Shown here piece by piece: positions 20,665 to 30,259 of a stretch of DNA of 64,000 nucleotides. The position numbers were made by a program, and so were the translations under genes. The stretch is from a bacterium (GTDB taxonomy: Bacteria > Patescibacteriota > Microgenomatia > Levybacterales > UBA12049): contig JAKALN010000001.1 of NCBI GenBank assembly GCA_021824155.1, forward strand, positions 15 through 64,014. Direction: 5' to 3'. Position 1 is the stretch's first letter, and each line of letters begins with the position of its first letter. The notes under the pieces are model-generated. The model saw nothing but the letters and a program-made list of their open reading frames with translations, was not told the origin of the DNA and did no database searches.

Positions 20665-21006
20665 GCTTTTGTCTCCTCTCTCTTCCAAAACTATCCTTAT
20701 ATTGCTTCCTCTTTTTTTGTAAGGATGCACTCTGCCCCTTGTTGAAGGATGAAATCTTTTAAAGGAAATTCCTTCGTTAACATCGATGCTTTTTATGAAC
20801 AAATTTTCCCTTTTTGCATGTGCATTATTTAAAGCATTTGCAATTGCACTGGTAAGGGTTTTCTCCAAAACATAAGAGCCTCTTTTATTTATAACCGTCA
20901 ACGCTCTTAATGCGTCTTCAACCGAAAGCATTCTTATCGAATCTGCTACCAGTCTTACTTTTCTCGGACTTACTCTAACCGATGTGCTTTTAGCTATAAT
21001 TTCCAT
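20662..21006 (-). CDS. rplV: 50S ribosomal protein uL22
   Basis: R.SPRKVRLVAD.IR, SA.ANA, V.EG...KR..P..RGR. Confidence 0.97.
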   Translation of the reverse strand: MEIIAKSTSVRVSPRKVRLVADSIRMLSVEDALRALTVINKRGSYVLEKTLTSAIANALNNAHAKRENLFIKSIDVNEGISFKRFHPSTRGRVHPYKKRGSNIRIVLEERGDKS

Positions 21007-21010
21007 AATA

Positions 21011-21072
21011 TTTGTAAATAGTTAATCGTTTATTGTTCATGGCCTACTATTAACCATGAACCATAAGCCATA
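21011..21072. repeat. short heptamer-periodic palindrome (rpsS-rplV spacer)
   Basis: GTAAATA GTTAATC GTTTATT GTTCATGG ... TATTAAC CATGAAC CATAAGC CATA. Confidence 0.55.
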
Positions 21073-21075
21073 CGC

Positions 21076-21360
21076 TTAAGTCTTACTAATCTCCCTTGCT
21101 ACAACCCTTCCGTGTGTCCTGAATGTCCTGGTAGGAGAAAACTCTCCAAGCCTATGACCGACCATTCCTTCCAATACGAAAATGTTTGTAAATACTCTTC
21201 CGTTATGTACCGCAAACGCATGGCCTACAAATTCCGGAGGAATCTGGCAAGCTCTTGACCATGTTTTAATAGGAGACTTATCTCCACTGTTTTTTTGCTG
21301 CATTACTTTCCTGAGAATCCTTTGATCTACGTATGGTCCTTTTTTAGAACTTCTTGCCAT
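21076..21360 (-). CDS. rpsS: 30S ribosomal protein uS19
   Basis: [28 protein letters not shown]. Confidence 0.98.
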   Translation of the reverse strand: MARSSKKGPYVDQRILRKVMQQKNSGDKSPIKTWSRACQIPPEFVGHAFAVHNGRVFTNIFVLEGMVGHRLGEFSPTRTFRTHGRVVAREISKT

Positions 21361-21362
21361 AA

Positions 21363-22115
21363 TTAGTTATGCTTTCCGCTTTTCCTCCTTTGTAATATAT
21401 ATTTATTCGAATATTTCTTTTTGTTTCTTGTTTTACCTACAGCCGGTCTTCCCGCATAGGTTTTGGGTAAAGACATCCCTATTCCGCTTCTTCCTTCTCC
21501 TCCTCCATGAGGATGGCTTCTCGGATTTTGCGCAACTCCTCTTACGGTTGGTCTAATCCCAAGATGTCTTTTTGCGCCTGCTTTTCTAAAATTTCTGTTT
21601 TTTAAATCAGCATTTCCCAAAACGCCTATTGTCGCAAGGCCTGCTGCCCTTATTTTCCTGACTTCTCCCGAAGGCATTTTCAAATGGACAAAATCGCCTT
21701 CTTTTGCCTGGATTATTGCGCTTGTTCCGCTTCCCCTTGCAATTTGCCCGCCTTTTCCGGGAGTAAGCTCAATATTATGAACAAATGTACCGATAGGCAA
21801 AAGCGAAAGAGGCAAAGCGTTTCCTGTTTTTGCATCTGAATCTTTTCCCGAAGAAACAGTATCGTTTAACTTTAGACCTTCCGGAGCCAAGATATATCTT
21901 TTCTCTCCATCCGCATAATGAATAAGTGCTATATCAACGCTTCTGTTTGGGTCGTATTCCAGGGAAACTACTTTTCCTTCGACTCCCATTTTATCACGTT
22001 TGAAGTCAATAACTCTTAGGAATCTTTTATGCTGTCCTCCTTGGTGCCTTACGCTTACCTGTCCGCTTTGGTCTCTTCCCGAATTTTTCTTTTTTATAAA
22101 TTTGAGTTTTTTCAT
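21363..22115 (-). CDS. rplB: 50S ribosomal protein uL2 (N-terminally shortened)
   Basis: [31 protein letters not shown]. Confidence 0.98.
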   Translation of the reverse strand: MKKLKFIKKKNSGRDQSGQVSVRHQGGQHKRFLRVIDFKRDKMGVEGKVVSLEYDPNRSVDIALIHYADGEKRYILAPEGLKLNDTVSSGKDSDAKTGNALPLSLLPIGTFVHNIELTPGKGGQIARGSGTSAIIQAKEGDFVHLKMPSGEVRKIRAAGLATIGVLGNADLKNRNFRKAGAKRHLGIRPTVRGVAQNPRSHPHGGGEGRSGIGMSLPKTYAGRPAVGKTRNKKKYSNKYILQRRKSGKHN

Positions 22116-22119
22116 ATTT

Positions 22120-22404
22120 TTATGCCCCTATATCAAATAAAGCAATTTTTTGGCCCGTTTTTAAGGTTACTATCGCTTTTTTTAAAGCTGATTTTTTTAC
22201 CTCCACCCTTCTTGTCCCTGTTCTTTGGGTTCTGCCTTTAGTAGTCACAGTCGAAACACCGATTACGTTTACCTTAAATTTTCTTTCTATTTCTTTTTTA
22301 ATAGAATTTTTATCGGCATTTTTTAATACTTTAAAAGTAAATTTGCTTTTTGCCGCATCTGCCATTGATTTTTCCGAAATTAAGGGAGCAATTATATAAT
22401 CCAT
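22120..22404 (-). CDS. rplW: 50S ribosomal protein uL23
   Basis: P.ISEKS, F.V...A.K..IK..IE..F.V.V..V, KKAIVTL. Confidence 0.96.
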   Translation of the reverse strand: MDYIIAPLISEKSMADAAKSKFTFKVLKNADKNSIKKEIERKFKVNVIGVSTVTTKGRTQRTGTRRVEVKKSALKKAIVTLKTGQKIALFDIGA

Positions 22405-22405
22405 A

Positions 22406-23176
22406 TTATTTTACTTTTTCTTTTAAGAAGCTTTTTTCAATAGCTTCTATTGCTCCTTTCATTAAAATTATTCCTTTATTATCTAAAACCTGATATGTAT
22501 TTAATAAATTTGCGTCCAGAATATTTAATCCCTTAATATTTCTTCCCGCCTTTTTAACATTTTCCGCTTTGGGATCCGACGTTACCAGAAGAAGTTTTTT
22601 CTTTTTTCCTTCCAATGAAAGGTTTTTTAAAACATCCGACATTAATTTTGTTTTAGGCTCGATTTTTTCAAGACCGGTTAAAATTTTAATCTCTCCGCTT
22701 TGTACTTTTGCGGTTAAGGCGCTAAAAAGTGCAGCTCTTTTCATTTTTTGGGGAAGGCTTAAAGAGAAATCTCTGGGCCTTGGTCCAAACGCTACTCCTC
22801 CTCCTACATAAATAGGAGCAGACATTGCGCCGTGCCTTGCTCTTCCCGTACCTTTTTGCCTGTATACTTTTTTTGTTGTTTTATTTACCTCTCCCCTTGA
22901 TTTTGTTTTTACTGTTCCTTTCCTTCTATTTGAAAGAAAAACTCTTACTGCCTGCGCCATTAAATGGTTATTTACTTTAGCACCGAAAATTTCTTTGGGA
23001 AGAGTAAGGCTTTCAACTACTTTTCCTTTTGTATCGTAAACGCTCTGTTTAAGTCCGGTTTCTTTCGGTAATTCTCTAACTTCTCCTTTTACTTTTTTAG
23101 GAGCTGCCTTTTTTACAGCAGTTTTTGCTGTTTTTGCCGCAGGTTTTGCCGTTTTTGCTGAACTTTTACTTGGCAT
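22406..23176 (-). CDS. rplD: 50S ribosomal protein uL4 with Lys/Ala-rich N-terminal extension
   Basis: K.RGEV, RQKGTGRAR.G, GGG.AFGP.PR. Confidence 0.97.
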   Translation of the reverse strand: MPSKSSAKTAKPAAKTAKTAVKKAAPKKVKGEVRELPKETGLKQSVYDTKGKVVESLTLPKEIFGAKVNNHLMAQAVRVFLSNRRKGTVKTKSRGEVNKTTKKVYRQKGTGRARHGAMSAPIYVGGGVAFGPRPRDFSLSLPQKMKRAALFSALTAKVQSGEIKILTGLEKIEPKTKLMSDVLKNLSLEGKKKKLLLVTSDPKAENVKKAGRNIKGLNILDANLLNTYQVLDNKGIILMKGAIEAIEKSFLKEKVK

Positions 23177-24122
23177 CTTCGTTTACCTCCTCTTTTTCTT
23201 TATTCTCTTCTCGTACAGGTTCTTCGCTTGAAACGGTAGGAGTCTGTCCGTTATCGGATGAACTGACAGCCGACTCTGTATTTTCCGCTATTTCTTCCGA
23301 TACTGTTTGTTGGCTGTCACTTAGCGAAGCAGGCTCTTCGGCTTGGGCTTTTTCTTCATTGCTCTGAGCGTCATCCGAAACGGATGGACGACTACCGTCT
23401 TCTTCTAAAACAGGTTCTGCTGCCTGAACTTCTTTCTGTGGCTCTGCTTGCTTCTCTTCTTCTACTTCTTTATACAAAGGGACAAATTTTTTGTTTTCTC
23501 CGACCTTTTTTATCATAACCAGTCCGTTTATGTGTCCGGGAATTAATCCTTTAATCAAAATTACTCCGTCATTTGTAACCTCTATCACTTCCAAATTTCT
23601 TACAGTAGAGGTCACGTGTCCCATTTTTCCGCCCATTTTCTTTCCTTTATAAACTCTTCCGGGGGTTGTTGTTTGTCCGATTGAACCCGGAGCTCTTTCC
23701 CTGTCGGATTGTCCGTGGGTTCTTGGTCCTCCTCTAAAATGCCATTTTTTAACAACTCCTGCCCATCCTTTTCCTTTGGAAACGCCGGAAACATCAACAA
23801 TATCTCCGGGTTTAAATACTTCGCTTACTTCTATTTTTGTTCCCGGAGTAAAATCCGAAACCTCCTCAACCCTTATTTCCCTAAAAAAGCGAGCTGTTTT
23901 TTCTAAGCCCGCTTTTTTTCCGTGTCCTTCAAGTGCTTTCGTTGTTTTTTTCTTGCTTCCAAATGCAATCTGAACGGAATTGTAGCCTTCCTTGTCTTGT
24001 GATTTTACCTGAGATATAAAGTTATCCGATGCAGCCACGGCAGATACAGGAATTCTTGTTCCGTCTTCTAAGAACCCCTGTGACTGATAACTTTTTTTAC
24101 CGATAAGTCCTTGTAAATTCAT
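23166..24122 (-). CDS. rplC: 50S ribosomal protein uL3 with ~95 aa acidic C-terminal tail
   Basis: VDV.G.SKGKG.AG..K.W, GP.THG, R.PGSIG, PGRV.KGKKM.G.MG; start probably ATG 24122. Confidence 0.97.
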   Translation of the reverse strand: MNLQGLIGKKSYQSQGFLEDGTRIPVSAVAASDNFISQVKSQDKEGYNSVQIAFGSKKKTTKALEGHGKKAGLEKTARFFREIRVEEVSDFTPGTKIEVSEVFKPGDIVDVSGVSKGKGWAGVVKKWHFRGGPRTHGQSDRERAPGSIGQTTTPGRVYKGKKMGGKMGHVTSTVRNLEVIEVTNDGVILIKGLIPGHINGLVMIKKVGENKKFVPLYKEVEEEKQAEPQKEVQAAEPVLEEDGSRPSVSDDAQSNEEKAQAEEPASLSDSQQTVSEEIAENTESAVSSSDNGQTPTVSSEEPVREENKEKEEVNEDAK

Positions 24123-24240
24123 ATTCTCAAAAAAACACAAAAAAGCGACCACAACCAGCCGCTTCATTAGGCGAAAAAGTAAATTAAATGCGCCCGGTTA
24201 TGTAGCTACAATCACCCCTTGTGTGTTGAACATTTAAGTT
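24123..24240 (-). promoter_or_regulatory. structured 5' leader of rplC with terminator-like hairpin
   Basis: minus strand AAGCGGC-TGGTTGTG-GTCGCTT followed by a T-run; upstream segments complementary to the 3' arm. Confidence 0.55.
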
Positions 24241-24247
24241 AAGCCTA

Positions 24248-24276
24248 ATTATATAATGCAACGAGCCTAAATGCAA
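24248..24276 (-). promoter_or_regulatory. sigma70 promoter for the rplC-led r-protein operon
   Basis: TTGCAT-17 nt-TATAAT. Confidence 0.7.
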
Positions 24277-24295
24277 GTACAATTAGAGGGGATTC

Positions 24296-24871
24296 TTAAA
24301 GAGCGCGCTTAATTTTTTTAATTTTTGAAATAAGAGCTTCACGTCCGACAGGTAGCCTGTCTATTCCACGGAAACAACTTTCGGCTGTTCTCTGATAATT
24401 TCTTCTTAAGAAAAGCACCAAATCCCGGGGCTCAAGTTTAGACTCATATACCGCTTCTCCTGCTGTTAAATTTATTTCATCAAGCGCTTTATCCCGTAAT
24501 TTATCGGGAAATTCTCCGTTAGGCAATAAATAGCTAAAATATTCTCTTACTTTCCGTGTTCTGGTTCCCCCTTCTATAAAATGGTTTACAAAACCCTTTA
24601 AAACCTCAACCGCCGTAAGAGGTTCACCGCCAGAAATATTAATAAAACCATATTCACGGCTCCACTCAAGCGGCCTTAAATTCTTGGAAGAATCGGAAGA
24701 AACAGAAAAAGATTCAATTGCCAAAAATTGGGGATTAGACGCCATTTGTCTTAATTTTTCATCTACTCTTAAAATTATTGCCAAATCACCTCTTTGGCCA
24801 ATATCTAAATCCTTTAAAACACCCATTAAGGATTCGTTTTTCGGTTGTAATTTTTCTTTGCCTGCACTCAT
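24296..24871 (-). CDS. hypothetical protein inserted between rpsJ and rplC
   Basis: Long ORF; likely start ATG 24871, 7 nt after a TTGAAA-17-TATACT promoter (24907-24879); no family recognised. Confidence 0.65.
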   Translation of the reverse strand: MSAGKEKLQPKNESLMGVLKDLDIGQRGDLAIILRVDEKLRQMASNPQFLAIESFSVSSDSSKNLRPLEWSREYGFINISGGEPLTAVEVLKGFVNHFIEGGTRTRKVREYFSYLLPNGEFPDKLRDKALDEINLTAGEAVYESKLEPRDLVLFLRRNYQRTAESCFRGIDRLPVGREALISKIKKIKRAL

Positions 24872-24915
24872 AATGGGGAGTATAGCTCCAAAAGTACAAA
24901 TTTTCAACTATGGGA

Positions 24916-25056
24916 CGGACGAAACGAAGTGAAGGAGTCCGCTTGCGAGCGTAGCGAGACAAGGGAGGATCGGACGAAACGAAGTGAAGGAGTCCGCTTG
25001 CGAGCGTAGCGAGACAAGGGAGGATCGGACGAAACGAAGTGAAGGAGTCCGCTTGC
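24916..25056. repeat. 55-bp perfect tandem repeat, 2.6 copies, hairpin-forming
   Basis: unit CGGACGAAACGAAGTGAAGGAGTCCGCTTGCGAGCGTAGCGAGACAAGGGAGGAT starts at 24916, 24971 and (partial) 25026. Confidence 0.95.
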
Positions 25057-25072
25057 CTGACAAGCGAGGTCT

Positions 25073-25381
25073 TTACATACGGATCTCAATATTTACTCCA
25101 GCTGGCAACTCTAGGTGTGTCAGTGAATCTATTGTTTTTTCTGTTGGGGAAACTATATCTATCAGTCTTTTATGGACTTTTATTTCAAAATGGTCTCTGG
25201 CGTTTTTATCTATAAATGGGGATTTGTTTACTGCGAATACGCTTCTTTTTGTAGGAAGAGGTATCGGACCTACGACTTTAGCTCCGGTCCTTATGGCCGT
25301 ATCTAAAATTTGCTGACACGTAGAGTCAATTACTCTTGCGTCATAGCTTTTTAATCGTACTCTTATTCTTCCTTTTGGCAT
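25073..25381 (-). CDS. rpsJ: 30S ribosomal protein uS10
   Basis: IR.RLKSYD, GPIPLPT, SP..DK.AR..FE...HKRLIDI. Confidence 0.98.
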   Translation of the reverse strand: MPKGRIRVRLKSYDARVIDSTCQQILDTAIRTGAKVVGPIPLPTKRSVFAVNKSPFIDKNARDHFEIKVHKRLIDIVSPTEKTIDSLTHLELPAGVNIEIRM

Positions 25382-25471
25382 ATTTTAAAGTCCTGTCCGC
25401 CTTAAGCGCTCTTTAAAGCGTGAACGAATAGTTCTGGAAAGCTTTAAAGTAAGCTTTGGCTGATCCTTTAC

Positions 25472-25495
25472 AAAAAAAATGACCTTGCGGTCATT
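25472..25495 (-). terminator. intrinsic terminator after tuf
   Basis: minus strand AATGACC-GCAA-GGTCATT followed by a T-run. Confidence 0.8.
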
Positions 25496-25517
25496 GATTC
25501 TAACACTTATCAAAAGA

Positions 25518-26699
25518 TTAAGCAATAATCTTTGAGATTACTCCTGCTCCGACTGTCTTTCCGCCTTCTCTAACAGCAAATCTAAGTCCTTCTTCCATTG
25601 CAACAGGTACAATAAGCTTAACATTCATTTTTGCATTGTCTCCGGGCATGACCATTTCTACTCCGGATGGAAGTGTTGCTTCTCCTGTTACGTCTGTTGT
25701 CCTTATGTAAAACTGCGGCCTGTAACCCGTAAAGAATGGTGTATGCCTTCCGCCTTCTTCTTTTGCAAGAATATAAACTTCGGCTTCAAATTGAGTATGA
25801 GGTGTTATCGATCCGGGCTTTGCAACAACCTGTCCTCTTTCTACGTCTGCTTTTTCTACACCTCTAAGAAGTAATCCTACATTATCTCCTGCAATACCTT
25901 CGTCAAGCTGTTTTCTAAACATTTCAACTCCGGTTACAACCGATTGTCTTGTAGGTTTGATTCCTACTATTTCAACTGCTTCGTTTACCTTAACCTTACC
26001 TCTTTCAATTCTTCCTGTTACGACTGTTCCTCTTCCTTTAATTGAGAAAACGTCTTCAACAGGCATAAGGAACGGTTTTTCCGTATCTCTTACGGGTGTT
26101 GGGATATAATTATCAACCGCATCCATTAAAGCCAATATCTGTTTTTCCGCTTCTGCGTCGCCTTCCAAAGCTTTAAGAGCAGAGCCTCTTATAATTGGCA
26201 CATCATTTCCCGGATATTGGTATTTTGTAAGAAGTTCTCTTACTTCCATTTCTACCAAGTCCAAAAGTTCCGCATCCTGAACCATGTCGCATTTGTTAAG
26301 AAAAACAACGATTGATGGAACCTGTACTTGGTGGGCGAGTAAAATGTGTTCTCTTGTCTGTGGCATGGGGCCGTCGGGGGCTGAGACTACGAGGATTGCA
26401 CCGTCCATTTGGGCGGCTCCCGTAATCATATTCTTAATGTAATCTGCGTGTCCCGGAGCATCTATGTGGGCATAGTGTCTTTTGTCTGTTTCGTATTCTA
26501 CGTGGGTAATGTTAATGGTGACGCCTCTTGCTTTTTCTTCGGGGGCATTGTCAATATCTTCGTATTTCATTGCTTTTGCCTGTCCCTTTTTAGATAAAAC
26601 AGTAGCAATAGCCGCCGTTAAGGTGGTCTTACCGTGGTCAACATGACCGATTGTTCCTATATTTACATGTGGTTTTGTTCTTTCAAATTTATCTGCCAT
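25518..26699 (-). CDS. tuf: elongation factor Tu
   Basis: [35 protein letters not shown]. Confidence 0.99.
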   Translation of the reverse strand: MADKFERTKPHVNIGTIGHVDHGKTTLTAAIATVLSKKGQAKAMKYEDIDNAPEEKARGVTINITHVEYETDKRHYAHIDAPGHADYIKNMITGAAQMDGAILVVSAPDGPMPQTREHILLAHQVQVPSIVVFLNKCDMVQDAELLDLVEMEVRELLTKYQYPGNDVPIIRGSALKALEGDAEAEKQILALMDAVDNYIPTPVRDTEKPFLMPVEDVFSIKGRGTVVTGRIERGKVKVNEAVEIVGIKPTRQSVVTGVEMFRKQLDEGIAGDNVGLLLRGVEKADVERGQVVAKPGSITPHTQFEAEVYILAKEEGGRHTPFFTGYRPQFYIRTTDVTGEATLPSGVEMVMPGDNAKMNVKLIVPVAMEEGLRFAVREGGKTVGAGVISKIIA

Positions 26700-26737
26700 A
26701 TTAAGTCAAAAAAAATAACCCGTTCAAGGTTAAACTT

Positions 26738-26766
26738 AATATACAATATTTTTTTACCTCCGTCAA
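26738..26766 (-). promoter_or_regulatory. sigma70 promoter of tuf
   Basis: TTGACG-17 nt-TATATT. Confidence 0.65.
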
Positions 26767-26791
26767 TAGGTAAAATTAACTAAACTTCGGG

Positions 26792-27373
26792 TTAAAGTTT
26801 TTCCTCTTCGGGGATTTCGCCCGCAGGGGCGCTATAAAAAGAATGTTCCAGCCTACTGTTAGCATCTGCTCTTTCTATCAAGTCATAAACGTGAATTGCT
26901 CCGGAAATTACACTTCTTCTTCCGGTTCTATAACGGGATACAACGTCTAAAAACCTAAAAACAGGAGAGCCTTCGGCTCTTATCAATTCAAATTTTCCGT
27001 CAATTATTTCCTGATATTTTTTCCCTTCATCAACCGCATCAAGATAATCATGATTGTATGCCGAAATTAATTCTTCGGAAACAGGAGGAAGACTTTGTCC
27101 ATAAACCTCTGCCCGGGTCCTTAACAATCTGTACATAAGAAGTGCCCCCTCCGTAAAATCATGCTCATAACGGGAATGCATTCTGGACCTTTTTTCTATA
27201 AACGAAATAAGAGGCCTGTTTCCGTCCAAAAACATTTTTTCTCTTTCGTCACGAAAAAATTTTTCCGGGGCTCTGTCAATTTCTACCTGAACCTGTTCCA
27301 AAGTTTTTTGGACAGTTTTACTGTCTATGGGAAAGATTTCTGCTGTTGACCCCTGATTTTCCTGCTCCGGCAT
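26792..27373 (-). CDS. hypothetical protein
   Basis: 193 aa ORF with its own TGTTATAAT 9 nt before the ATG; no family recognised. Confidence 0.65.
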   Translation of the reverse strand: MPEQENQGSTAEIFPIDSKTVQKTLEQVQVEIDRAPEKFFRDEREKMFLDGNRPLISFIEKRSRMHSRYEHDFTEGALLMYRLLRTRAEVYGQSLPPVSEELISAYNHDYLDAVDEGKKYQEIIDGKFELIRAEGSPVFRFLDVVSRYRTGRRSVISGAIHVYDLIERADANSRLEHSFYSAPAGEIPEEEKL

Positions 27374-27396
27374 AATGAAAAGATTATAACACTTAT

Positions 27397-28011
27397 TTAA
27401 AATACCAATTTTATTCCTTTTGTTTCTTTCAGAAAAAAATTCATACCGTCCGACTCGATTTTTGCATAAGCCAGATTGTCAATTTTTAGATAACCTTTGT
27501 AAGGATAAAATCCCAGCTTAATTAAACTATGTCTAATAACTCCGCCGTGGGAAACTATTAAAATTTTTTTCCCCGGGTTTTCGACAATAATTCCTTTTAA
27601 ATAGATTAAAAATCTCGACGCTATTTCTCCGTCACTTTCCATTCCAGGATGATGCCTATATGAATATTTTTCTTTTTCCTCAAGTTTATCCATAATTCTG
27701 TCTATTTCTTCTAAAATATCATGCTGATGCCCTTCATACGGACCATAATTTCTTTCGCGTAAAGCCATTGATGTTTCAACTTCAAGTTTATGTTCCAAAG
27801 AAATGATTTCCGCTGTCTGTTTTGCGCGAAGTAAATCTGAAGAATAGACTTTATCGAATTTTATTTGCCTTAGTTCTTTTGCCAATTCCTGCGCCTGATT
27901 TTTTCCTTCCGTATTTAACGGGATATCCGTGTGCCCTTGAATTTTCCCTTCAATATTCCAATCGGTCAGGCCATGCCTTACCAAATAAATCGTGCAGAAA
28001 TTATTTTTCAT
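27397..28011 (-). CDS. histidine phosphatase (phosphoglycerate mutase-like) family protein
   Basis: LVRHG.T.WN...IQG..D.PL, SSDL.RA.QTA, VSHGG. Confidence 0.93.
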   Translation of the reverse strand: MKNNFCTIYLVRHGLTDWNIEGKIQGHTDIPLNTEGKNQAQELAKELRQIKFDKVYSSDLLRAKQTAEIISLEHKLEVETSMALRERNYGPYEGHQHDILEEIDRIMDKLEEKEKYSYRHHPGMESDGEIASRFLIYLKGIIVENPGKKILIVSHGGVIRHSLIKLGFYPYKGYLKIDNLAYAKIESDGMNFFLKETKGIKLVF

Positions 28012-28541
28012 CTTAATTTTTCTATATCTTCCAAAATTTCTTTTATTTCTTTACTTGTGATTAACGTTCTGCTATTTTCAAAAAATTCCTCAAGATTTAT
28101 TTTATGTGCAACTTCATATTCGTAGGCCTGCATTGCCATTTCAAGTTTATCTATTTCTTTAACCAATTTCGCTTCTTTACTCTCATCTTTCTCAAACTCA
28201 TCAAATAAGCCAACATATTCATCTCCCTCTACCAAAGAAAAAATCATTTTTACGGCTTCACGTTCTTTCTCTGATTTGCTTAAAAAATTACTCAATTTTT
28301 TCTTTCCGTGCATAATAATAATGTCACCGATTTCTCCTTCTCCAATGTCATGTATTAATGACATCTTTACCGATTTATTTACATCTGCTCCAACTTTAGG
28401 TGCTAAAACCATTGCCATCACCGCAGTTCTAAAAGAATGCTCTGCCACACTTTCCGGATTTGGAACATTGTGATTTACCCATCCGGTCCTCTTTATGTTT
28501 TTTAATTTACCAATAACTTTAAAAAAATCAATCAATTTCAT
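28008..28541 (-). CDS. HD domain hydrolase (HDDC2/YfbR-like 5'-deoxynucleotidase family)
   Basis: LK..KRTGW, ESVAEHSFR, IHD..E...GD, DKLEM..QA.EYE. Confidence 0.9.
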   Translation of the reverse strand: MKLIDFFKVIGKLKNIKRTGWVNHNVPNPESVAEHSFRTAVMAMVLAPKVGADVNKSVKMSLIHDIGEGEIGDIIIMHGKKKLSNFLSKSEKEREAVKMIFSLVEGDEYVGLFDEFEKDESKEAKLVKEIDKLEMAMQAYEYEVAHKINLEEFFENSRTLITSKEIKEILEDIEKLR

Positions 28542-29083
28542 ACATTTTTATACATTAAAATTGCGTCTTCAAAAGTATTATCCCTTGTTATTCCGTTTGG
28601 CAAAAGTCCGTATTCTTTAAAACCAAAACCCTCGTATATTCTTTTTGCTATCGAATTTTTTGAATAAACTTCAAGAGTCACAATTTTTAACTGCGGCATT
28701 TCTTTTTTTGCTTCGTCAATAACTTTTTCCATTAAAAGTTTCCCTAAGCCTTCGTTTCTGTATTCTTTTGCAACGGAAATCCCGAAAACTCCTACGTGTT
28801 TTTCGGTTTTGTCCATCATATTTATACCCGAAATAGCAATTAATTCCTCTCCCCAAAAAGCCAAAAGAGTAACGGATTTTTTCTCTTCAATTCTTTTAAG
28901 CTGTGCATTCAAATAGTTTTCTTCGTCTTCAAATAGAATCTCTTCCCCCTGAAACCTTACAAAAGTTTTTTCTTTGGAAAGTCCGTTAATATACCTCCAC
29001 ATTTCATTTTGGTCGCCGATTCTAGGATACCTGATAATAATTTCTTTGCCCGTTTTAGTTTTGCCCCGAAAAACATATTTCAT
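28538..29083 (-). CDS. GNAT family N-acetyltransferase
   Basis: FGISV..EYRNEGLGK.L, LEV...N..A..IYE.FGF. Confidence 0.92.
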   Translation of the reverse strand: MKYVFRGKTKTGKEIIIRYPRIGDQNEMWRYINGLSKEKTFVRFQGEEILFEDEENYLNAQLKRIEEKKSVTLLAFWGEELIAISGINMMDKTEKHVGVFGISVAKEYRNEGLGKLLMEKVIDEAKKEMPQLKIVTLEVYSKNSIAKRIYEGFGFKEYGLLPNGITRDNTFEDAILMYKNV

Positions 29084-29114
29084 ATGTTTGGATTATAACA
29101 AATGAATAAAAACG

Positions 29115-29492
29115 TTAAAGCGTTTTTTTATACGAGAGGAGGAATCCGGTACTAATTGTAATCATAGGATAGACAAGATAATTTAATCCTATCTCTTTAA
29201 TATAATCGGGAAGACTCATTTTTATCGGCCCCCAGATAAAAAAGAAATAATCGAAGAAAAGGCTCATTGCTATAAAAACCAGTCCTAAGAAAATTCCCTC
29301 CCTAAGGTTGCCGTCTATTTTTCTAAAATACAAAGCAGTTGCGGCAACAACGGCAATAGTTGAAAATACAGTCATCAGGGATTGAAAAAACAATGGATCC
29401 GATTTTTTAAGCGGAAAAATTGCGACGGAAGCTATAAATGGAATTATCCAGAGTAAAAATCCGTATAATATCGCGGTTTTTATTGCTTTCAT
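29115..29492 (-). CDS. small 4-TM membrane protein
   Basis: 125 aa with four hydrophobic segments. Confidence 0.7.
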   Translation of the reverse strand: MKAIKTAILYGFLLWIIPFIASVAIFPLKKSDPLFFQSLMTVFSTIAVVAATALYFRKIDGNLREGIFLGLVFIAMSLFFDYFFFIWGPIKMSLPDYIKEIGLNYLVYPMITISTGFLLSYKKTL

Positions 29493-29513
29493 ATTTTTAT
29501 TATACTAATTAAA

Positions 29514-30197
29514 TCAAATAAAGTCTTCCGCTCTTTCCTTAGGGCTCCAGCCGAAAGGATTTGATACATCATGAACTCTGTCCCGGTTATCCGATACTCC
29601 ATATATTGCCACAAAATTTCCGGGAACTTTTTCCGCTTCCAAAACTTTCCTAACCAAAGAAATACAATCATTATGAGAAAGCCATGCTGCTCTTTCTTCT
29701 TTTGGATATTTTTCTACGGAAGGGGGTATATTTGCAGGATTTATTCCCCCAAAACGTATAGCAACTACTTCCAACCCCCCTTTTGCAAAATACCTGCCCA
29801 AGGTTTCTATAAAAATTTTATCCGCGCCGTATGGGCTGTCGGGAACCGGAGTATGTCCGGTGGAAAGAAATGGAGCTTCTCCGTAAAAAGAATCAGCGTG
29901 AATTGAACTGGCAATAATTACTCTTTTTACTTTTGCTTCCCTTGCCCCTTTATATACATTAAGGGCCATCTGTGCATTACTAGGGTCAATAATCTCATTT
30001 CTTAAATGTTCATTATTTGACCAAGCAAGGTGAACTACGGCGGTATTTCCTTCCAGCGCTTTTAATAATTCCTGATAATTTGTGGCATCTGTTTGAGGTA
30101 AATCGATCCCCTTTATTTCAAAATCTCCGGATAAACCATTCCTAAGAATGGTACCTATTGTGCCATTCGAACCCGTAATCGCAATTCTTTCTTTCAC
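29514..30197 (-). CDS. NAD-dependent epimerase/dehydratase (uronate dehydrogenase-like SDR)
   Basis: ITGSNGTIG Rossmann motif, VVHLA, ASS.HA, P.SPYGADK (YxxxK). Confidence 0.85.
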   Translation of the reverse strand: MKERIAITGSNGTIGTILRNGLSGDFEIKGIDLPQTDATNYQELLKALEGNTAVVHLAWSNNEHLRNEIIDPSNAQMALNVYKGAREAKVKRVIIASSIHADSFYGEAPFLSTGHTPVPDSPYGADKIFIETLGRYFAKGGLEVVAIRFGGINPANIPPSVEKYPKEERAAWLSHNDCISLVRKVLEAEKVPGNFVAIYGVSDNRDRVHDVSNPFGWSPKERAEDFI

Positions 30198-30259
30198 GAT
30201 TGGATTATATCACTTTGCCGTCTTGACAAAGTTATCAGTATATTTAAAAATAAAATCAG

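Noticed and set aside
24916-25056. Possible CRISPR array
   Set aside because: The inter-repeat segments are identical, so there are no unique spacers, and there are no cas genes; it is a tandem repeat.
24904-25316. ORFs 24904-25089(-) and 24984-25316(+)
   Set aside because: They are translations of the tandem repeat and the antisense of rpsJ.
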